A DNA stretch of 64,000 nucleotides from NCBI RefSeq assembly GCF_009914755.1, contig NC_060941.1. One strand, 5' to 3'. How positions within the stretch are numbered: the first letter of the stretch is position 1; every line of letters begins with the position of its first letter. This document shows positions 1-13,100 of the stretch, piece after piece. Below the pieces are notes generated by a model, which saw only the letters and a list, made by a program, of their open reading frames with translations, did not search any database and had not been told where the DNA came from. The translations under genes were made by a program, and so were the position numbers. The DNA is from the human T2T-CHM13v2.0 reference genome, Homo sapiens.

Positions 1-121
1 AGTGTTGAACCTTTCTTTGATAGTTCAGGTTTGAAACGGTCTTTCTGTGGAAACTGCAAGTAGATATTTTGACCTCTCTGAGGATTTCGTTGGAAACAGG
101 ATAAACCGCACAGAACTAAAA
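1..121 (+). repeat. Partial extra A-like monomer (likely the 16th monomer of an upstream D17Z1-type 16-mer)
   Basis: Carries ttgaaacggtctttctgtgg and gcaagtagatatt, which I did not see elsewhere in the window. It sits directly before monomer A, where every later 15-mer has monomer O. Confidence 0.7.
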
Positions 122-252
122 CAGAAGCATTCTCAGAACCCTCTTCGTGATGTTTACATTCAACTCACAGTGCTGAACCTTTCTTTGATAGTTCAGCTTT
201 GAAACACTCTTTTTGTAGAAACTGCAAGTGGATATTTGGTGCTCTCTGAGGA

Positions 253-269
253 TTTCGTTGGAAACGGGA
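253..269 (+). promoter_or_regulatory. CENP-B box, monomer A (representative; 7 intact boxes in the first 15-mer, in A, C, D, H, I, L, O)
   Basis: tttcgttggaaacggga matches YTTCGTTGGAARCGGGA and the essential core nTTCGnnnnAnnCGGGn. Confidence 0.95.
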
Positions 270-1440
270 TAAACCGCACAGAACTAAACAGAAGCATTCT
301 CAGAACCTTCTTCGTGATGTCTGCATTCAACTCACAGTGTGGAACCTTTCTTTGATAGTTCAGGTTTGAAACACTCTTTTTGTGGAAACTGCAAGGGGAT
401 AATTGCACTTCTTTGAGGCCTACCGTAGTAAAGGAAATAACTTCCTATAAAAAGAAGACAGAAGCTTTCTCAGAAAATTCTTTGGGATGATTGAGTTGAA
501 CTCACAGAGCTGAACATTCCTTGCGATGGAGCAGTTTAGAAACACACTTTCTGCAGAATCTGCAAGTGCATATTTGGACCTCTCTGAGGAATTCGTTGGA
601 AACGGGATAATTTCAGCTGACTAAACAGAAGCAGTCTCAGAATCTTCTTTGTGATGTTTGCATTCAAATCCCAGAGTTGAACTTTCCTTTCAAAGTTCAC
701 GTTTGAAACACTCTTTTTGCAGGATCTACAAGTGGATATTTGGACCACTCTGTGTCCTTCGTTCGAAACGGGTATATCTTCACATGACATCTAGACAGAA
801 GCATTCTCAGAAGCTTCTCTGTGATGACTGCATTCAACTCACGGAGTTGAACACTCCTTTTGAGAGCGCAGTTTTGAAACTCTCTTTCTGTGGCATCTGC
901 AAGGGGACATGTAGACCTCTTTGAAGATTTCGTTGGAAACGGAATCATCTTCACATAAAAACTATACAGATGCATTCTCAGGAACTTTTTGGTGATGTTT
1001 GTATTCAACTCCCAGAGTTGAACTTTCCTTTGGAAAGAGCAGCTATGAAACACTCTTTTTCTAGAATCTGCAAGTGGACGTTTGGAGGGCTTTGTGGTTT
1101 GTGGTGGAAAAGGAAATATCTTCACCTAAATACTAGATAGAAGCATTCTCAGAAACTGCTTTGTGATGATTGCATTCACCTCACAGAGTTGACCATTCCT
1201 ATTGATAGAGCAGTTTGGAAACACTCTTGTTGTGGAATGTGCAAGTGGAGATTTGGAGCGCTTTGAGGCCTATGGTAGTAAAGGGAATAGCATCATAGAA
1301 AAACTAGACAGAAGCATTCTCAGAAAATACTTTGTGATGATTGAGTTTAACTCACAGAGCTGAACATTCCTTTGGATGGAGCAGGTTTGAGACACACTTT
1401 TTGTAGAATCTACAAGTGGATATTTGGACCTCTCTGAGGA

Positions 1441-1457
1441 TTTCGTTGGAAACGGGA
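1441..1457 (+). promoter_or_regulatory. CENP-B box, monomer H (retained in both arrays)
   Basis: tttcgttggaaacggga is an exact consensus match. Confidence 0.95.
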
Positions 1458-4400
1458 TAACTGCACCTAACTAAACGGAAGCATTCTCAGAAACTTCTTG
1501 GTGATGTTTGCATTCAAATCCCAGAGTTGAACCTTCCTTTGATAGTTCAGGTTTGAAACACTCTTTTTGTAGGATCTGCAAGTGGATATTTGGACCACTC
1601 TGTGGCCTTCGTTCGAAACGGGTACATCTTCGCATAAAATCTAGACAGAAGCCTTCTCAGAAACTTCTCTGTGATGATTGCATTCAACTCACAGAGTTGA
1701 ACCGTCCTATGGATAGAGCAGTGTTGAAACTCTCTTTTTGTGGAATCTGCAAGTGGATATGTGGACCTCTCCGAAGATGTCTTTGGAAACGGGACTATCT
1801 TCACATAAAAACTAAACAGAAGCATTCTCAGAAACTTCTCTGTGATGTTTGTGTTCAACTCCCAGAGTGTCACATTGCTTCTCATAGAGTAGTTCTGAAA
1901 CATGCTTTTCGTAGTGTCTGCAAGGGGACATTTGGAGCGCTTTCAGGCCTGTGGTGGAAAACGAATTATGGTCACATAAAAACTGGAGAGAAGCATTGTC
2001 AGAAACTTCTTTGTGATGATTGCATTCAACTGACAGAGTTGAAGGTTGCTTTTCAAACAGCAGTTTCCAAACACTCTTTCTGTGGAATCTGCAAGTGGAT
2101 ATTTGGACCTCTTTGAAGATTTCGTTGGAAACGGGATAACCTTCACAGAAAAGCTAAACAGAAGCATTCTCAGAAACTTCTTTGTGATGCTTGCATTCAA
2201 CTCACAGAGTTGAACTTTCCTTTCGAGAGAGAAGCTTTGAAACACTCTTTTTCCAGAATCTGCAAGTGGACATTTGGAGGGCTTTGAGGCCTGTGGTGGA
2301 AAAGGAATTATCTTCCCGTAAAAGCTAGATAGAAGCATTCTGAGAAACTACTTTGTGATGATTGCATTCAAGTCACAGAGCTGTACATTCCCTTTGATAG
2401 AGCAGTTTGGAAACTCTCTTTGTGTAGAATCTGCAAGTGGAGATATGGAATGCTTTGAGGACTATGGTAGTAAAGGAAATAGTTTCATATAAAAGCTAGA
2501 CAGTAGCATTCACAGAAAACACTTGGTGATGACTGAGTTTAACTCACAGAGCTGAACATTCCTTTGGATGGAGCAGTTTCGAAACACACTCTTTGTAGAA
2601 TCTGCAAGTGGATATTTGGGCCTCTCTGAGGATTTCGTTGGAAACGGGATAAACCGCACAGAACTAAAACAGAAGCATTCTCAGAACCCTCTTCGTGATG
2701 TTTGCATTCAACTCACAGTGCTGAACCTTTCTTTGATAGTTCAGCTTTGAAACACTCTTTTTGTAGAAACTGCAGGTGGATATTTGGTCCTCTCTGAGGA
2801 TTTCGTTGGAAACGGGATAAACCGCACAGAACTAAACAGAAGCATTCTCAGAACCTTCTTCGTGATGTCTGCATTCAACTCACAGTGTGGAACCTTTCTT
2901 TGATAGTTCAGGTTTGAAACACTCTTTTTGTGGAAACTGCAAGGGGATAATTGCACTTCTTTGAGGCCTACCGTAGTAATGGAAATAACTTCCTATAAAA
3001 AGAAGACAGAAGCTTTCTCAGAAAATTCTTTGGGATGATTGAGTTGAACTCACAGAGCTGAACATTCCTTGCGATGGAGCAGTTTAGAAACACACTTTCT
3101 GCAGAATCTGCAAGTGCATATTTGGACCTCTCTGAGGAATTCGTTGGAAACGGGATAATTTCAGCTGACTAAACAGAAGCAGACTCAGAATCTTCTTTGT
3201 GATGTTTGCATTCAAATCCCAGAGTTGAACTTTCCTTTCAAAGTTCACGTTTGAAACACTCTTTTTGCAGGATCTACAAGTGGATATTTGGACCACTCTG
3301 TGTCCTTCGTTCGAAAAGGGTATATCTTCACATGACATCTAGACAGAAGCATTCTCAGAAGCTTCTCTGTGATGACTGCATTCAACTCACGGAGTTGAAC
3401 ACTCCTTTTGAGAGCGCAGTTTTGAAACTCTGTTTCTGTGGCATCTGCAAGGGGACATGTAGACGTCTTTGAGGATTTCGTTGGAAACGGAATCATCTTC
3501 ACATCAAAACTATACAGATGCATTCTCAGGAACTTTTTGGTGATGTTTGTATTCAACTCCCAGAGTTGAACTTTCCTTTGGAAAGAGCAGCTATGAAACA
3601 ATCTTTTTCTAGAATCTGCAAGTGGACGTTTGGAGGGCTTTGTGGTTTGTGGTGGAAAAGGAAATATCTTCACCTCAATACTAGATAGAAGCATTCTCAG
3701 AAACTGCTTTGTGATGATTGCATTCACCTCACAGAGTTGACCATTCCTATTGATAGAGCAGTTTGGAAACACTCTTGTTGTGGAATGTGCAAGTGGAGAT
3801 TTGGAGTGCTTTGAGGCCTATGGTAGTAAAGGGAATAGCTTCATAGAAAAACTAGACAGAAGCATTCTCAGAAAATACTTTGTGATGATTGAGTTTAACT
3901 CACAGAGCTGAACATTCCTTTGGATGGAGCAGGCTTGAGACACACTTTTTGTAGAATCCACAAGTGGATATTTGGACCTCTCTGAGGATTTCGTTGGAAA
4001 CGGGATAACTGCACCGAACTAAACGGAAGCATTCTCAGAAACTTCTTGGTGATGTTTGCATTCAAATCCCAGAGTTGAACCTTCCTTTGATAGTTCAGGT
4101 TTGAAACACTCTTTTTGTAGGATCTGCAAGTGGATATTTGGACCACTCTGTGGCCTTCGTTCGAAACGGGTACATCTTCGCATAAAATCTAGACAGAAGC
4201 CTTCTCAGAAACTTCTCTGTGATGATTGCATTCAACTCACAGAGTTGAACCGTCCTATGGATAGAGCAGTGTTGAAACTCTCTTTTTGTGGAATCTGCAA
4301 GTGGATATGTGGACCTCTCCGAAGATGTCTTTGGAAACGGGGCTATCTTCACATAAAAACTAAACAGAAGCATTCTCAGAAACTTCTCTGTGATGTTTGT

Positions 4401-7400
4401 GTTCAACTCCCAGAGTGTCACATTGCTTCTCATAGAGTAGTTCTGAAACATGCTTTTCGTAGTGTCTGCAAGGGGACATTTGGAGCGCTTTCAGGCCTGT
4501 GGTGGAAAACGAATTATGGTCACATAAAAACTGGAGAGAAGCATTGTCAGAAACTTCTTTGTGATGATTGCATTCAACTCACAGAGTTGAAGGTTTCTTT
4601 TCAAACAGCAGTTTCCAAACACTCTTTCTGTGGAATCTGCAAGTGGATATTTGGACCTCTTTGAAGATTTCGTTGGAAACGGGATAACCTTCACAGAAAA
4701 GCTAATCAGAAGCATTCTCAGAAACTTCTTTGTGATGCTTGCATTCAACTCACAGAGTTGAACTTTCCTTTCGAGAGAGAAGCTTTGAAACACTCTTTTT
4801 CCAGAATCTGCAAGTGGACATTTGGAGGGCTTTGAGGCCTGTGGTGGAAAAGGAATTATCTTCCCGTAAAAGCTGGATAGAAGCATTCTGAGAAACTACT
4901 TTGTGATGATTGCATTCAAGTCACAGAGCTGAACATTCCCTTTGACAGAGCAGTTTGGAAACTCTCTTTGTGTAGAATCTGCAAGTGGAGATATGGAATG
5001 CTTTGAGGACTATGGTATTAAAGGAAATAGCTTCATAGACAAGCTAGACAGTAGCATTCACAGAAAACGCTTGGTGACGACTGAGTTTAACTCACAGAGC
5101 TGAACATTCCTTTGGATGGAGCAGTTTCGAAACACACTATTTGTAGAATCTGCAAGTGGATATTTGGGCCTCTCTGAGGATTTCGTTGGAATCGGGATAA
5201 ACCGCACAGAACTAAAACAGAAGCATTCTCAGAACCTTCTTCGTGATGTTTGCATTCAACTCACAGTGCTGAACCTTTCTTTGATAGTTCAGCTTTGAAA
5301 CACTCTTTTTGTAGAAACTGCAAGTGGATATTTGGTCCTCTCTGAGGATTTCGTTGGAAACGGGATAAACCGCACAGAACTAAACAGAAGCATTCTCAGA
5401 ACCTTCTTCGTGATGTCTGCATTCAACTCACAGTGTGGAACCTTTCTTTGATAGTTCAGGTTTGAAACACTCTTTTTGTAGAAACTGCAAGGGGATAATT
5501 GCACTTCTTTGAGGCCTACCGTAGTAAAGGAAATAACTTCCTATAAAAAGAAGACAGAAGCTTTCTCAGAAAATTCTTTGGGATGATTGAGTTGAACTCA
5601 CAGAGCTGAACATTCCTTGCGATGGAGCAGTTTAGAAACACACTTTCTGCAGAATCTGCAAGTGCATATTTGGACCTCTCTGAGGAATTCGTTGGAAACG
5701 GGATAATTTCAGCTGACTAAACAGAAGCAGTCTCAGAATCTTCTTTGTGATGTTTGCATTCAAATCCCAGAGTTGAACTTTCCTTTCAAAGTTCACGTTT
5801 GAAACACTCTTTTTGCAGGATCTACAAGTGGATATTTTGACCACTCTGTGTCCTTCGTTCGAAAAGGGTATATCTTCACATGACATCTAGACAGAAGCAT
5901 TCTCAGAAGCTTCTCTGTGATGACTGCATTCAACTCACGGAGTTGAACACTCCTTTTGAGAGCGCAGTTTTGAAACTCTGTTTCTGTGGCATCTGCAAGG
6001 GGACATGTAGACCTCTTTGAAGATTTCGTTGGAAACGGAATCATCTTCACATCAAAACTATACAGATGCATTCTCGGGAACTTTTTGGTGATGTTTGTAT
6101 TCAACTCCCAGAGTTGAACTTTCCTTTGGAAAGAGCAGCTATGAAACACTCTTTTTCTAGAATCTGCAAGTGGACGTTTGGAGGGCTTTGTGGTTTGTGG
6201 TGGAAAAGGAAATATCTTCACCTCAATACTAGATAGAAGCATTCTCAGAAACTGCTTTGTGATGATTGCATTCACCTCACAGAGTTGACCATTCCTATTG
6301 ATACAGCAGTTTGGAAACCCTCTTGTTGTGGAATGTGCAAGTGCAGATTTGGAGCGCTTTGAGGCCTATGGTAGTAAAGGGAATAGCTTCATAGAAAAAC
6401 TAGACAGAAGCATTCTCAGAAAATACTTTGTGATGATTGAGTTTAACTCACAGAGCTGAACATTCCTTTGGATGGAGCAGGCTTGAGACACACTTTTTGT
6501 AGAATCTACAAGTGGATATTTGGACCTCTCTGAGGATTTCGTTGGAAACGGGATAACTGCACCTAACTAAACGGAAGCATTCTCAGAAACTTCTTGGTGA
6601 TGTTTGCATTCAAATCCCAGAGTTGAACCTTCCTTTGAGAGTTCAGGTTTGAAACACTCTTTTTGTAGGATCTGCAAGTGGATATTTGGACCACTCTGTG
6701 GCCTTCGTTCGAAACGGGTACATCTTCGCATAAAATCTAGACAGAAGCCTTCTCAGAAACTTCTCTGTGATGATTGCATTCAACTCACAGAGTTGAACCG
6801 TCCTATGGATAGAGCAGTGTTGAAACTCTCTTTTTGTGGAATCTGCAAGTGGATATGTGGACCTCTCCGAAGATGTCTTTGGAAACGGGGCTATCTTCAC
6901 ATAAAAACTAAACAGAAGCATTCTCAGAAACTTCTCTGTGATGTTTGTGTTCAACTCCCAGAGTGTCACATTGCTTCTCATAGAGTAGTTCTGAAACATG
7001 CTTTTCGTAGTGTCTGCAAGGGGACATTTGGAGCGCTTTCAGGCCTGTGGTGGAAAACGAATTATGGTCACATAAAAACTGGAGAGAAGCATTGTCAGAA
7101 ACTTCTTTGTGATGATTGCATTCAACTCACAGAGTTGAAGGTTCCTTTTCAAACAGCAGTTTCCAAACACTCTTTCTGTGGAATCTGCAAGTGGATATTT
7201 GGACCTCTTTGAAGATTTCGTTGGAAACGGGATAACCTTCACAGAAAAGCTAAACAGAAGCATTCTCAGAAACTTCTTTGTGATGCTTGCATTCAACTCA
7301 CAGAGTTGAACTTTCCTTTCGAGAGAGAAGCTTTGAAACACTCTTTTTCCAGAATCTGCAAGTGGACATTTGGAGGGCTTTGAGGCCTGTGGTGGAAAAG

Positions 7401-10143
7401 GAATTATCTTCCCGTAAAAGCTGGATAGAAGCATTCTGAGAAACTACTTTGTGATGATTGCATTCAAGTCACAGAGCTGAACATTCCCTTTGACAGAGCA
7501 GTTTGGAAACTCTCTTTGTGTAGAATCTGCAAGTGGAGATATGGAATGCTTTGAGGACTATGGTAGTAAAGGAAATAGCTTCATATAAAAGCTAGACAGT
7601 AGCATTCACAGAAAACGCTTGGTGACGACTGAGTTTAACTCACAGAGCTGAACATTCCTTTGGATGGAGCAGTTTCGAAACACACTATTTGTAGAATCTG
7701 CAAGTGGATATTTGGGCCTCTCTGAGGATTTCGTTGGAATCGGGATAAACCGCACAGAACTAAAACAGAAGCATTCTCAGAACCTTCTTCGTGATGTTTG
7801 CATTCAACTCACAGTGCTGAACCTTTCTTTGATAGTTCAGCTTTGAAACACTCTTTTTGTAGAAACTGCAAGTGGATATTTGGTCCTCTCTGAGGATTTC
7901 GTTGGAAACGGGATAAACCGCACAGAACTAAACAGAAGCATTCTCAGAACCTTCTTCGTGATGTCTGCATTCAACTCACAGTGTGGAACCTTTCTTTGAT
8001 AGTTCAGGTTTGAAACACTCTTTTTGTAGAAACTGCAAGGGGATAATTGCACTTCTTTGAGGCCTACCGTAGTAAAGGAAATAACTTCCTATAAAAAGAA
8101 GACAGAAGCTTTCTCAGAAAATTCTTTGGGATGATTGAGTTGAACTCACAGAGCTGAACATTCCTTGCGATGGAGCAGTTTAGAAACACACTTTCTGCAG
8201 AATCTGCAAGTGCATATTTGGACCTCTCTGAGGAATTCGTTGGAAACGGGATAATTTCAGCTGACTAAACAGAAGCAGTCTCAGAATCTTCTTTGTGATG
8301 TTTGCATTCAAATCCCAGAGTTGAACTTTCCTTTCAAAGTTCACGTTTGAAACACTCTTTTTGCAGGATCTACAAGTGGATATTTGGACCACTCTGTGTC
8401 CTTCGTTCGAAAAGGGTATATCTTCACATGACATCTAGACAGAAGCATTCTCAGAAGCTTCTCTGTGATGACTGCATTCAACTCACGGAGTTGAACACTC
8501 CTTTTGAGAGCGCAGTTTTGAAACTCTGTTTCTGTGGCATCTGCAAGGGGACATGTAGACCTCTTTGAAGATTTCGTTGGAAACGGAATCATCTTCACAT
8601 CAAAACTATACAGATGCATTCTCGGGAACTTTTTGGTGATGTTTGTATTCAACTCCCAGAGTTGAACTTTCCTTTGGAAAGAGCAGCTATGAAACACTCT
8701 TTTTCTAGAATCTGCAAGTGGACGTTTGGAGGGCTTTGTGGTTTGTGGTGGAAAAGGAAATATCTTCACCTCAATACTAGATAGAAGCATTCTCAGAAAC
8801 TGCTTTGTGATGATTGCATTCACCTCACAGAGTTGACCATTCCTATTGATACAGCAGTTTGGAAACCCTCTTGTTGTGGAATGTGCAAGTGCAGATTTGG
8901 AGCGCTTTGAGGCCTATGGTAGTAAAGGGAATAGCTTCATAGAAAAACTAGACAGAAGCATTCTCAGAAAATACTTTGTGATGATTGAGTTTAACTCACA
9001 GAGCTGAACATTCCTTTGGATGGAGCAGGCTTGAGACACACTTTTTGTAGAATCTACAAGTGGATATTTGGACCTCTCTGAGGATTTCGTTGGAAACGGG
9101 ATAACTGCACCTAACTAAGCGGAAGCATTCTCAGAAACTTCTTGGTGATGTTTGCATTCAAATCCCAGAGTTGAACCTTCCTTTGATAGTTCAGGTTTGA
9201 AACACTCTTTTTGTAGGATCTGCAAGTGGATATTTGGACCACTCTGTGGCCTTCGTTCGAAACGGGTACATCTTCGCATAAAATCTAGACAGAAGCCTTC
9301 TCAGAAACTTCTCTGTGATGATTGCATTCAACTCACAGAGTTGAACCGTCCTATGGATAGAGCAGTGTTGAAACTCTCTTTTTGTGGAATCTGCAAGTGG
9401 ATATGTGGACCTCTCCGAAGATGTCTTTGGAAACGGGGTATCTTCACATAAAAACTAAACAGAAGCATTCTCAGAAACTTCTCTGTGATGTTTGTGTTCA
9501 ACTCCCAGAGTGTCACATTGCTTCTCATAGAGTAGTTCTGAAACATGCTTTTCGTAGTGTCTGCAAGGGGACATTTGGAGCGCTTTCAGGCCTGTGGTGG
9601 AAAACGAATTATGGTCACATAAAAACTGGAGAGAAGCATTGTCAGAAACTTCTTTGAGATGATTGCATTCAACTCACAGAGTTGAAGGTTCCTTTTCAAA
9701 CAGCAGTTTCCAAACACTATTTCTGTGGAATCTGCAAGTGGATATTTGGACCTCTTTGAAGATTTCGTTGGAAACGGGATAACCTTCACAGAAAAGCTAA
9801 ACAGAAGCATTCTCAGAAACTTCTTTGTGATGCTTGCATTCAACTCACAGAGTTGAACTTTCCTTTCGAGAGAGAAGCTTTGAAACACTCTTTTTCCAGA
9901 ATCTGCAAGTGGACATTTGGAGGGCTTTGAGGCCTGTGGTGGAAAAGGAATTATCTTCCCGTAAAAGCTGGATAGAAGCATTCTGAGAAACTACTTTGTG
10001 ATGATTGCATTCAAGTCACAGAGCTGAACATTCCCTTTGACAGAGCAGTTTGGAAACTCTCTTTGTGTAGAATCTGCAAGTGGAGATATGGAATGCTTTG
10101 AGGACTATGGTAGTAAAGGAAATAGCTTCATAGACAAGCTAGA

Positions 10144-13100
10144 CAGTAGCATTCACAGAAAACTCTTGGTGACGACTGAGTTTAACTCACAGAGCTGAAC
10201 ATTCCTTTGGATGGAGCAGTTTAGAAACACACTTTCTGCAGAATCTGCAAGTGCATATTTGGACCTCTCTGAGGAATTCGTTGGAAACGGGATAATATCA
10301 GCTGACTAAACAGAAGCAGTCTCAGAATCTTCTTTGTGATGTTTGCATTCAAATCCCAGAATTGAACTTTCCTTTCAAAGTTCACGTTTGAAACACTCTT
10401 TTTGCAGGGTCTACAAGTGGATATTTGGACCACTCTGTGTCCTTCGTTCGAAACGGGTATATCTTCACATGACATCTAGACAGAAGCATTCTCAGAAGCT
10501 TCTCTGTGATGACTGCATTCAACTCACGGAGTTGAACACTCCTTTTGAGAGCACAGTTTTGAAACTCTCTTTATGTGGCATCTGCAAGGGGACATGTAGA
10601 CCTCTTTGAAGATTTCGTTGGAAACGGAATCATCTTCATATAAAAACTATACAGATGCATTCTCAGGAACTTTTTGGTGATGTTTGTATTCAACTCCCAG
10701 AGTTGAACTTTCCTTTGGAAAGAGCAGCTACGAAACACTCTTTTTCTAGAATCTGCAAGTGGACGTTTGGAGGGCTTTGTGGTTTGTGGTGGAAAAGGAA
10801 ATATCTTCACCTAAATACTAGATAGAAGCATTCTCAGAAACTGCTTTGTGATGATTGCATTCACCTCACAGAGTTGAACGTTCCTATTGATAAAGCAGTT
10901 CATACACACTCTTGTTGCAGAATCTGCAAGTGGATATTTGGACCACTCTGTGGCCTTCGTTCGAAACGTGTACATCTTCACATAAAATCTAGACAGAAGC
11001 CTTCTCAGAAACTTCTCTGTGATGATTGCATTCAACTCACAGAGTTGAACCCTCCTATGGATAGAGCAGTGTTGAAACTCTCTTTTTGTGGAATCTGCAA
11101 TTGGATATGTGGACCCCTCCGAAGATGTCTTTGGAAACGGGAATATCTTCACATAAAAACTAAACAGAAGCATTCTCAGAAACTTCTCTGTGATGTTTGT
11201 GTGCAACTCCCAGAGTTTCACATTGCTTCTCATAGAGTAGTTCTGAAACATGCTTTTCATAGTGTCTGCAAGTGGACATTTGGAGCGCTTTCAGGCCTGT
11301 GGTGGAAAACGAATTATGGTCACATAAAAACTGGAGAGAAGCATTGTCAGAATCTTCTTTGTGATGATTGCATTCAACTCACAGAGTTGAAGGTTCCTTT
11401 TCAAACAGCAGTTTCCAAACACTCTTTCTGTGGAATCTGCAAGTGGATATTTGGACCTCTTTGAAGATTTCGTTGGAAACGGGATAATCTTCACAGAAAA
11501 GCTAAACAGAAGCATTCTCAGAAACTTCTTTGTGATGCTTGCATTCAACTCACAGAGTTGAACTTTTCTTTCGAGAGAGAAGCTTTGAAACACTCTTTTT
11601 CCAGAATCTGCAAGTGGACATTTGGAGGGCTTTGAGGCGTGTGGTGGAAAAGGAATTATCTTCCCGTAAAAGCTAGATAGAAGCATTCTCAGAAACTACT
11701 TTGTGATGATTGCATTCAAGTCACAGAGTTGAACATTCCCTTTGACGGGGCAGTTTGGAAACTCTCTTTGTGTAGAATCTGCAAGTGGAGATATGGAATG
11801 CTTTGAGGACTATGGTAGTAAAGGAAATAGCTTCATATAAAAGCTAGACAGTAGCATTCACAGAAAACTCCTGTTGACGACTGAGTTTAACTCACAGAGC
11901 TGAACATTCCCTTGGTTGGAGCAGTTTCGAAACACACTCTTTTTGGAATCTGCAGGTGGATATTTGGGCCTCTCTGAGGATTTCGTTGGAAACGGGATAA
12001 ACCGCACAGAACTAAAACAGAAGCATTCTCAGAACCCTCTTCGTGATGTTTGCATTCAACTCACAGTGCTGAACCTTTCTTTGATAGTTCAGCTTTGAAA
12101 CACTCTTTTTGTAGAAACTGCAAGTGGATACTTGGTCCTCTCTGAGGATTTCGTTGGAAAAGGGATAAACCGCACAGAACTAAACAGAAGCATTCTCAGA
12201 ACCTTCTTCGTGATGTCTGCATTCAACTCACAGTGTGGAACCTTTCTTTGATAGTTCAGGTTTGAAACACTCTTTTTGTAGAAACTGCAAGGGGATAATT
12301 GCACTTCTTTGAGGCCTACCGTAGTAAAGGAAATAACTTCCTATACAAAGAAGACAGAAGCTTTCTCAGAAAATTCTTTGGGATGATTGAGTAGAACTCA
12401 CAGAGCTGAACATTCCTTTGGATGGAGCAGTTTCGAAACACACTCTTTGTAAAATCTGCAAGTGGATATTTCGGCCTCTCTGAGGATTTCGTTGGAAACG
12501 GGATAAACCGCACAGAACTGAAACAGAAGCATTCTCAGAACCCTCTTCGTGATGTTTGCATTCAACTCACAGTGCTGAGCCTTTCTTCGATAGTTCAGCT
12601 TTGAAACACTCTTTTTGTAGAAACTGCAAGTGGATATTTGGTCCTCTCTGAGGATTTCGTTGGAAAAGGGATAAACCGCACAGAACTAAACAGAAGCATT
12701 CTCAGAACCTTCTTCGTGATGTCTGCTTTCAACTCACAGTGTGGAACCTTTCTTTGATAGTTGAGGTTTGAAACACTCTTTTTGTAGAAACTGCAAGGGG
12801 ATAATTGCACTTCTTTGATGCCTACCGCAGTAAAGGAAATAACTTCCTCTAAAAAGAAGACAGAAGATTTCTCAGAAAATTCTTTGGGATGATTGAGTTG
12901 AACTCACAGAGCTGAACATTCCTTGCGATGTAGCAGTTTAGAAACCCACTTTCTACAGAATCTGCAAGTGCATATTTGGACCTCTCTGAGGAATTCGTTG
13001 GAAACGGGATAATTTCAGCTGACTAAACAGAAGCAGTCTCAGAATCTTCTTTGTGATGTTTGCATTCAAATCCCAGAGTTGAACTTTCCTTTCAAAGTTC

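Larger units (their letters stand above)
122..10143 (+). repeat. 15-mer higher-order repeat, 2548-bp period, ~3.9 copies (D17Z1-type)
   Basis: Copies start at 122, 2670, 5218 and 7766. The ORF track repeats at a 2548-bp offset (193/2741/5289/7837; 1508/4056/6604/9152). Monomer C of each unit carries PstI (551), EcoRI (589) and PvuII (614) sites. Confidence 0.95.

Noticed and set aside
758-775. Short dyads such as cgttcgaaacg and tttcgaaa as possible cruciform or terminator elements
   Set aside because: They are too short and imperfect to support a structural claim, and they are ordinary features of these monomers.
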